From contig JAQVFR010000016.1 of the NCBI GenBank assembly GCA_028697145.1, positions 736 to 64,735 on the forward strand: a stretch of DNA of 64,000 nucleotides, written 5' to 3'. Below the pieces are notes generated by a model, which saw nothing but the letters and a program-made list of their open reading frames with translations, was not told the DNA's origin and made no database searches. The position numbers were made by a program, and so were the translations under genes. Source of the stretch: Actinomycetota bacterium. Its GTDB lineage: Bacteria; Actinomycetota; Geothermincolia; Geothermincolales; RBG-13-55-18. Shown in pieces: positions 57,974-64,000 of the stretch. Position 1 is the stretch's first letter, and each line of letters begins with the position of its first letter.

Positions 57974-59210
57974 GCGATACGTCCTCACCACGCAGGTACA
58001 GGAGGGTTATGGTCAAGATGATCGTCGTCGCGAAACGGCGCACCATCTCCCGGTCTCCCGGCAGGCGGTATTTCCAGCCGTACGTTCCGGTCTTGTCCGC
58101 CAGGCCGAAGGCGACGGTTCCCGGGGACTCGTCCTCCCCCCCGCGATCGGGTCCCGCCACGCCCGTCAGCGCGATCCCCAGGTCCGAGGAGAAACGCCCC
58201 CTCACCCCCCCGGCCATGGCCTTCGCCACCTCCTCGTTAACCGCCCCCCTGGAGCGCAGCAGCCCGCGGTCCACGCCCAGCATGTTCTCCTTTGCCTCGA
58301 GGTCGTAGGCGACTATCCCTCCCCGGAAATAGTCGGAGCTTCCGGGCATCGCGGTTATCGTCTCCCCCACCATCCCTCCGGTAAGGGACTCGGCCACCGC
58401 CAGGGTGAGCCCGCGCGAACGCAGCTCTTCGCCTAGGTTGCCCTCGAGGGTCTCCAGGCCCTCGGCCACCACCCAGGGCCCCAGCGCCTCCCTCACCCGT
58501 TTCTCCGCCGCGGCGAAATCCGCGCCCTCTTCCCGGGAGGAGAGTCTCACCTCGATCTGGCCCATCATGGCGCGGTAGGCAACCCCGATCCCCGGCACCT
58601 CCGCCAGCGCCGCCTCCACCTGCTCCGCCAGTTCCGACTCGGGGCGGGCCGCCACCAGGAGGGTAAGGGTCTTCCCGGTCTCCTGCAACCCGAAGCGCCG
58701 CGAGAGCATGGGGATGATGTCGCCCTCGAGCATGTCGCGCATCTCCCTGGGCACGCCCGGTATGAGGATGATTACCCTGCCCCGGTTCTCCAGCCACTGT
58801 CCGGGGGCGGTGCCCAGCCGCGCCTCTATGGGTACGGCGCCCTCGATCAGGTCGGCCTGCTTGAGGTTGGTCGGCGACATCTCCCGCCCCATCGCCGCGA
58901 AGAACATCCCCTGGAGCTCTTCCAGCCTCCTGTCCCTGTGGAGGGGAAGCTCCAGCGCTTCCGAAACCGCCTCCCTGGTGAGGTCGTCCCCCGTCGGACC
59001 CAGGCCCCCGGTGACGATGACCGCGTGCGATATCCGCAGCGCAAGCGCGAGCGCCCTGCCGATATTGCCCTTGTCATCCCCGACGATGAGGCGCATGACG
59101 ACCCTGGCCCCCACGGATTCCAGCTTCGCGGTGATGAAATCGGAGTTGGTGTCGATCGTCCTGCCGTCCAGCAGCTCGTCTCCCACGGCCAGCAGAGAGC
59201 AGTCAAACAC
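57963..59210 (-). CDS. cinA: competence/damage-inducible protein CinA (MoCF-binding domain plus nicotinamide-nucleotide amidohydrolase PncC domain)
   Basis: LLAVGDELL.G...DTNS, GGLGPT.DD, AVAESLTGGM. Confidence 0.9.
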   Translation of the reverse strand: MFDCSLLAVGDELLDGRTIDTNSDFITAKLESVGARVVMRLIVGDDKGNIGRALALALRISHAVIVTGGLGPTGDDLTREAVSEALELPLHRDRRLEELQGMFFAAMGREMSPTNLKQADLIEGAVPIEARLGTAPGQWLENRGRVIILIPGVPREMRDMLEGDIIPMLSRRFGLQETGKTLTLLVAARPESELAEQVEAALAEVPGIGVAYRAMMGQIEVRLSSREEGADFAAAEKRVREALGPWVVAEGLETLEGNLGEELRSRGLTLAVAESLTGGMVGETITAMPGSSDYFRGGIVAYDLEAKENMLGVDRGLLRSRGAVNEEVAKAMAGGVRGRFSSDLGIALTGVAGPDRGGEDESPGTVAFGLADKTGTYGWKYRLPGDREMVRRFATTIILTITLLYLRGEDVSHVR

Positions 59211-59212
59211 CT

Positions 59213-59776
59213 CTAGGCACCATCCGTTTTATCGAGGTAACGGCTGGCCTTGAGCATATAGTCGAGCCCCGAGTACAGGGTCAACGCCACGGCCAGGTGG
59301 ACCGCCGCCTTCTCCAGCGATGCGTAAGCGGGGGTTTCCCTTTCCATGATCACCAGCAGTACGGCCAGCAGCTGCGAATTGGTCTTCAGCTTCCCCCATA
59401 TGCTTGCAGGCACCGATGAGCCCTGGGAGCCCGCGTAGACGCGGAAGAGGGTCATGGCGACCTCGCGCCCGATGATCACCCCGGGAGCCCAGGCGGGAAT
59501 CCTGCGCCGCACCGCGAGCATGACGAAGGTGGTCGAGATGCATATCTTGTCCGCGAGCGGGTCAAGGAACTGCCCAAGTTTCGTCTCCTTGCCCCTCCTG
59601 CGGGCTATGTGGCCGTCGAGAAAGTCGGTGAAGGCGGCGGTGCCGACGGTGGCCGCGGCGAGGGCGTTCCTGAGGCGGCCGTCGTCCGAGAGCAGAAAGG
59701 CGATGAGCGGCGCCATGAGCACACGCGAGAAGGTGAGGGCATTGGGAAGGTTCCAGTTGTCCTCTCCCCTTATCAT
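59213..59776 (-). CDS. pgsA: CDP-diacylglycerol--glycerol-3-phosphate 3-phosphatidyltransferase
   Basis: NLPNALT..R, D.LDG.IAR......LG..LDPLADK. Start is ATG at 59776 or TTG at 59812. Confidence 0.85.
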   Translation of the reverse strand: MIRGEDNWNLPNALTFSRVLMAPLIAFLLSDDGRLRNALAAATVGTAAFTDFLDGHIARRRGKETKLGQFLDPLADKICISTTFVMLAVRRRIPAWAPGVIIGREVAMTLFRVYAGSQGSSVPASIWGKLKTNSQLLAVLLVIMERETPAYASLEKAAVHLAVALTLYSGLDYMLKASRYLDKTDGA

Positions 59777-59789
59777 CTCGAACCTGTCT

Positions 59790-61115
59790 TTACCGGGGCT
59801 CAATGGCGCCAATCAGGTCTATCCCTTCACTCGCGGTTATCTTCACGTCCCGCAGGGTACCCGCCTCGATATCTTCCTGGCAAGGCACGAATATCACGCC
59901 GTCGATCTCGGGCGCCTCCCGCTGAGATCTCGCCTCCCAGAAACCCGGGGCCTCCGCGCTCACCCCCTCGATGAGCACTTGCATCCTTCGTCCCACCATC
60001 TCACCGGCTTTCTCCCGCATGATCTCCTCCTGCAAAACCGCGATTTCAGCGCATCTCTTGCGGGCAACTGCAGTGGAAACCCCCTCTCTCAGGGAAAATG
60101 CAGGAGTGCCTTCCTCATGAGAATAGCTGAAGAGCCCTAGCCAGTCAAAACGCACGGCGGCCACGAAATCGCGCAGCATGGCGAAGGCCCTTGCGTCCTC
60201 TCCCGGGAAACCGGTCATGAACGTGGCGCGTAGAGCCACCTCGCCCAGGACCTCCTCCGCCTTCCGCAGCAGCTCGCGGTGAGAGTCAGCGCTCCCTTTT
60301 CTTCCCATGACCCCGAGGATGCCCGCGTCCACGTGCTGAAAAGGCAGGTCGAGATAACGGCATATCCTGGGGTCGCTCATGGCCTCGAGCACGCGCGCGT
60401 CCACGCCTTCGGGGTGCATATACATGACCCGCAGGCGCCAGTCTCCCGCCACGGCGCAGAGGTCACCCAGGAGCTCGGGCAGCGACGGGCGCCCATATAT
60501 ATCGATGCCGTAAGAGGTCGTATCCTGCGCGATGAGGACGACCTCCATGGCGCCGCGCCCCAGGAAGAACGATGCCTCCTCCACTATCGCCTCCCTCGTG
60601 CGGGAGCACAGGGGGCCCCTTATGGAGGGTATGGCGCAATACGCGCACCTCCTGCCGCAGCCCTCGGAGATCTTCAGGTAGACGTACCCCCTGTCGAGGG
60701 TGGAGGCGCGTTCTCTGGCGAGTGCGCCCCCCGTGGCCTCGCCGCCCTCGTCCAACAGGGCGTTTATCACCCCGGCGAAGTGTGGGTAATCATCGAAGCC
60801 GACGAAGAGGTCGACCTCCGGAAGCAGCGCCGCCAGCACCTCCCCGCCATACCTGGAAACCAGGCATCCGGTGACAACCAGGGGTCTGGCCCCGCCCTCC
60901 CTGAGCTCTGACAGCTCCATGACGGACTCCAGGGATTCCTCGACCGCGGGCACTATGAAGGAGCAGGTGTTCAGGATCATCACTGCTGCATCGCGGGGGC
61001 TGTCCGTCATGCGCCAGCCAGCGCGCTCCAGGGCCGATGCGAGACAGTCGGAATCCACCTCGTTCTTGGGGCATCCCAGGGTCAGGAGATAGCAGCCCTT
61101 CCTCTCTTTGATCAT
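59790..61115 (-). CDS. rimO: ribosomal protein S12 methylthiotransferase RimO (radical SAM, TRAM domain)
   Basis: ATG at 61115. LLTLGCPKNEVDSD, radical SAM CGRRCAYC, C-terminal TRAM. Confidence 0.85.
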   Translation of the reverse strand: MIKERKGCYLLTLGCPKNEVDSDCLASALERAGWRMTDSPRDAAVMILNTCSFIVPAVEESLESVMELSELREGGARPLVVTGCLVSRYGGEVLAALLPEVDLFVGFDDYPHFAGVINALLDEGGEATGGALARERASTLDRGYVYLKISEGCGRRCAYCAIPSIRGPLCSRTREAIVEEASFFLGRGAMEVVLIAQDTTSYGIDIYGRPSLPELLGDLCAVAGDWRLRVMYMHPEGVDARVLEAMSDPRICRYLDLPFQHVDAGILGVMGRKGSADSHRELLRKAEEVLGEVALRATFMTGFPGEDARAFAMLRDFVAAVRFDWLGLFSYSHEEGTPAFSLREGVSTAVARKRCAEIAVLQEEIMREKAGEMVGRRMQVLIEGVSAEAPGFWEARSQREAPEIDGVIFVPCQEDIEAGTLRDVKITASEGIDLIGAIEPR

Positions 61116-61193
61116 GGCATCCCATCCGGAAACAGCGGCGGGTCGCCTCCCCCATATCCGCGGCGGGGGGAGCGGTCGCCTCACGCGACACTC

Positions 61194-61227
61194 AAAAAAA
61201 AGAGCCGGGCGGAAGATGCCGCTCCGG
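61194..61227 (-). terminator. intrinsic terminator after the 77-aa orphan gene
   Basis: Minus sense CCGGAGCGG-CATCTT-CCGCCCGG (one bulged A), then CTC and TTTTTTTT. Confidence 0.75.
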
Positions 61228-61282
61228 TTACACCTTCGATGCGCTCAGCCCGCGATGGGGGCGGCCAAGCGCTGCGAACGGA

Positions 61283-61516
61283 TCAGACCTTTATGGACCT
61301 TATCTTGTCGGCGACTCCCCCGCCGACGTCCTTGCCGGAAAAAAACGACACCGATTTCTCGATCTTCTCCGCGAGCGCGGGCAGCTGATCTGCGGTAAGA
61401 GCATCGGGAGTCGTGCCTATCAGCTCGCAGTTCTTTTTGACGGTCGCCTTGGCGATGAAATCGCCCACTGCCGCCGAAAGGATCTTCTCCACCTCTTGAG
61501 CCAGCCTGTTGGCCAC
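61283..61516 (-). CDS. small hypothetical protein (77 aa, predicted helical, no family recognised)
   Basis: GTG start 6 nt after AGGAGG. Extended -10 promoter upstream and strong intrinsic terminator downstream. Composition is unlike the shadow ORFs. Confidence 0.55.
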   Translation of the reverse strand: MANRLAQEVEKILSAAVGDFIAKATVKKNCELIGTTPDALTADQLPALAEKIEKSVSFFSGKDVGGGVADKIRSIKV

Positions 61517-61547
61517 CGCTACCTCCTGTATGAATCCTGTTGCGTAG

Positions 61548-61556
61548 ATTATATCA
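61548..61556 (-). promoter_or_regulatory. extended -10 promoter element for the 77-aa orphan gene
   Basis: Minus sense TGATATAAT about 30 nt upstream of the AGGAGG RBS. The -35 is weak. Confidence 0.45.
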
Positions 61557-61624
61557 GAGTCTTTTGCCGCCTAAAAACATCGGTAGTGAGCCGGTCCGGT
61601 GACCGACCGCCGTCATCGCCGCGA

Positions 61625-63973
61625 TCATTCTTCCTCTTCACGTGCCGCGGCACGCAGCCTCCTCTCCTCCAACTCCTCCGGAGTCATGAGCACCGTCCTC
61701 GGTTTGCTTCCTTCGTAGCCTCCGACCACCCCCATCTCCTCCATGAGGTCGACCAGCCGGGCCGCGCGCGCGTATCCAACGCGCAGCTTCCTCTGCAGCA
61801 GAGAGGCGGAGGCCACGCCCGATCTCACCACGACCTCGATGGCCTCCTCGAGCAGCTCGTCATCGCGGCTCTGTTCCTTCTTCGCACCGCCGACGCTCTC
61901 GAGTATCTCGTCGCGGTAATCGGGCTGGCGCTGGCGCTTGATGAAGCCGATGATCGCTATGATCTCCCTTTCAGCGATATAGGCTCCCTGAACCCTGATG
62001 GATTTGGAGCTGCCCGCGGGCAGGAATAGCATGTCGCCGTGGCCCACCAGCTTCTCTGCTCCCCCCACGTCGAGGATGACGCGCGAGTCCGCCTGGCTCG
62101 CCACGGTGAAGGCGATGCGCGAGGGCATGTTCGCCTTTATCAGGCCGGTGACCACGTCCACGGAGGGGCGCTGCGTGGCCACCACGAGGTGTATGCCCAC
62201 CGCCCTGGCCATCTGGGCTATCCTCGCGATAGAGTCCTCGACCTCCGCCGGAGCCACCATCATAAGGTCGGCAAGCTCGTCGATGACCACCAGGATGTAC
62301 GGCATGGGCGGGAACCGCTCCTCCCCGTCGCCCTCCCCGCTCCGTAACCCCTCCTTGAGGGCGGAGCGGTAGGCGATGATGTTCTTGACTCCAGCCCTCG
62401 AGAGGACCTGGTAGCGTTGCTCCATCTCGCGCACCACCCAGGCCAGCGCGCCCGAGGCCTTCTTGGGGTCCGTTATCACGGGCGCCAGCAGGTGGGGTAT
62501 GCCGTTGAAATGCGAGAGCTCGACGTACTTGGGGTCCACCAGGAGCATGCGCACCTCCTGGGGCGGCGAGGTGATCAGGACGGAAGCGATCATCGAGTTG
62601 ATGCAGCAGCTCTTGCCTGTACCGGTCGCCCCCGCCAGCAGAAGATGCGGCATCTCGCGCAGGTCGACGATGACGGGCTGGCCGGATACGTCCATGCCCA
62701 GGCCCACCCTGAGCGGCGACGTAGACTTGGCGGCCCGGGGGGTGACCATGATGTCCCCCAACGTAACCAGGTCCCTCTCGCGGTTGGGTATCTCGATGCC
62801 TATGGCTGACTTACCGGGGATGGGCGTGATGATGCGGATGTCCGGCGACGCCAGGGCATAGGCGATGTCGTCGCTGAGGTTGAGAACGCGGTTTACCTTC
62901 ACCCCAGAGCCCAGTTCCACCTCGAACCTGGTCACGGTAGGGCCGCGCGTCACCCTCGTGACCGCCGCGTCGACCCCGAAGTCCCTGAGGGTCTTCTCCA
63001 GAATGGAGATGCTCTCGTTTACGCTCTTGTGGGAGATGGAACTGCGGTCTCCGGCCCGGTTCAGGAGCTCCAGCGGCGGCAGCTTGTAGGCCTTCCCCTC
63101 TCCGGCCTCGGCCACCTCGATGGCCATCTGGCCGGTCTCTTCCTCCACGAGCAACGGCGGCGCCGGCATCTCCGGGATGCCGTCGGGGGCCTTGGACGGC
63201 GCCGGCGGTTCGGCCTCCGCCTCAGCTGCGGAGGGCTTACGGCGCTGCGTCCTCTTCTCCGCCGTCTCCCCGACAGCTTCCTTCGCGGTCGATACGGGGG
63301 CTGTCCGGACCGGCCTTGCGGCCCTTTTCGCCGCACGCTCGCGGCGCCTCCTTTCCACCCTGTCCTGCAGGTATTTGGACACTGCCAGTCCGGTCACGAG
63401 CAGGAACCCGACGATGAGCATGGCTGTGAGCAGGACGTAGGCTCCCGCCTTGCTGAACATCTTCACCAGGGGCCAGGCTATGACCGCCCCCACCAGGCCG
63501 CCGTTGTTCTCCAGGTTGGAGCGGAAGAACATCTCCTCCGCCTGCCCCACCCTGAGGTGGAGCAAAGCGCAAACGGCGACGAACATCACCGCCATTCCCG
63601 CCAGTTCCACCCAGGTAATCCGCCACTTCTCCCCGTCCGCGTCCATTTCCCCCAGGCGCCCAAAGAGCAGGGCCAGACCCAGCGCAAGCAATATAAAGGG
63701 CAAGGCGAAGCGGACGCCCCCCGCAAGGTAGGAGAAGAAGAGATCGAGCCCCCTTCCCACCGGCCCCAGCGCCGAGAGGTAAAAGGCCAGGAAGCAAAGG
63801 ACGGCCGCGGTGATAATGCTCACGCCGTAGATCTCGCGCAGGTTGCGTGGCAGGCCCCTTTGCTTCCCGCCCCTTGCCGCTCCCTTCTTACCGGACCGGG
63901 CGGCGCGTGCCTTACCCGTTCCGTTTTTCTTTGCCTTCCCTTTTTTCGCTTTCTTCGCCTGTGCCATCTCCAC
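61625..63973 (-). CDS. ftsK: DNA translocase FtsK/SpoIIIE
   Basis: N-terminal TM helices, Pro/Ala linker, motor domain LLAGATGTGKS, VVIDELADL, C-terminal gamma wHTH (SLLQRKLRVGYARAARL). Confidence 0.95.
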   Translation of the reverse strand: MEMAQAKKAKKGKAKKNGTGKARAARSGKKGAARGGKQRGLPRNLREIYGVSIITAAVLCFLAFYLSALGPVGRGLDLFFSYLAGGVRFALPFILLALGLALLFGRLGEMDADGEKWRITWVELAGMAVMFVAVCALLHLRVGQAEEMFFRSNLENNGGLVGAVIAWPLVKMFSKAGAYVLLTAMLIVGFLLVTGLAVSKYLQDRVERRRRERAAKRAARPVRTAPVSTAKEAVGETAEKRTQRRKPSAAEAEAEPPAPSKAPDGIPEMPAPPLLVEEETGQMAIEVAEAGEGKAYKLPPLELLNRAGDRSSISHKSVNESISILEKTLRDFGVDAAVTRVTRGPTVTRFEVELGSGVKVNRVLNLSDDIAYALASPDIRIITPIPGKSAIGIEIPNRERDLVTLGDIMVTPRAAKSTSPLRVGLGMDVSGQPVIVDLREMPHLLLAGATGTGKSCCINSMIASVLITSPPQEVRMLLVDPKYVELSHFNGIPHLLAPVITDPKKASGALAWVVREMEQRYQVLSRAGVKNIIAYRSALKEGLRSGEGDGEERFPPMPYILVVIDELADLMMVAPAEVEDSIARIAQMARAVGIHLVVATQRPSVDVVTGLIKANMPSRIAFTVASQADSRVILDVGGAEKLVGHGDMLFLPAGSSKSIRVQGAYIAEREIIAIIGFIKRQRQPDYRDEILESVGGAKKEQSRDDELLEEAIEVVVRSGVASASLLQRKLRVGYARAARLVDLMEEMGVVGGYEGSKPRTVLMTPEELEERRLRAAAREEEE

Positions 63974-64000
63974 TCCCGATAAGCAAGCTCTTCTCGACTG

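Noticed and set aside
1-64000. Search for mobile elements, prophage, toxin-antitoxin or defence islands.
   Set aside because: I saw no transposase, integrase, recombinase, terminal inverted repeats, tRNA attachment sites or recognisable defence genes. The window is core housekeeping synteny throughout.

Overview
GC-rich (judged by eye, not computed), tightly packed bacterial chromosomal segment that is almost entirely housekeeping. I call 63 CDS; 60 are on the minus strand and 3 on the plus strand (15015..15866, 22724..23020, rpsT).

Content in coordinate order:
- two tandem zinc-ribbon membrane proteins
- hisI, then a Liv-type ABC amino-acid transporter (livF, livG, livM, livH plus a binding protein) sitting inside the his cluster, then hisF, hisA, hisH, hisB, hisD
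- dnaE
- a Cas4/RecB-like PD-(D/E)XK nuclease and two paralogous small wHTH proteins
- rluD, lgt, lspA, a dksA/traR-like gene, ileS
- a DUF167 gene
- a division cluster: divIVA, yggT, proC, sepF, yggS, mgtC, acyP, pgeF
- CNNM/CBS protein, ybeY, 7TM-HD protein, phoH, HIT protein, mtaB, rsmE, dnaJ, hrcA, hemW, lepA
- rpsT
- pheT, pheS, a trmH-family gene, rplT, rpmI, infC
- a sensor kinase / REC-GGDEF-variant / GAF-GAF-HD-GYP signalling operon
- ribH, ribBA, ribE, ribD behind a textbook FMN riboswitch
- rpe, thpR, cinA, pgsA, rimO, a self-contained 77-aa orphan gene, ftsK

The synteny is Gram-positive-like (Actinobacteriota- or Firmicutes-like); this is inference only. I saw no rRNA, tRNA, CRISPR array, transposase, integrase or prophage signature.

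I do not see a clear novel multi-gene system. The most unusual items are:
- a response regulator whose GGDEF-type domain has Ser at the guanine-selectivity position and a GGDDF signature, encoded next to an HD-GYP protein
- a 340-nt highly structured non-coding leader upstream of that operon
- the tandem wHTH paralogs beside a Cas4-like nuclease
- an orphan small gene with its own promoter and terminator
- a transporter embedded in the his operon

Several ORF-track starts are N-terminally over-extended. I re-called them from RBS spacing and family N-termini.
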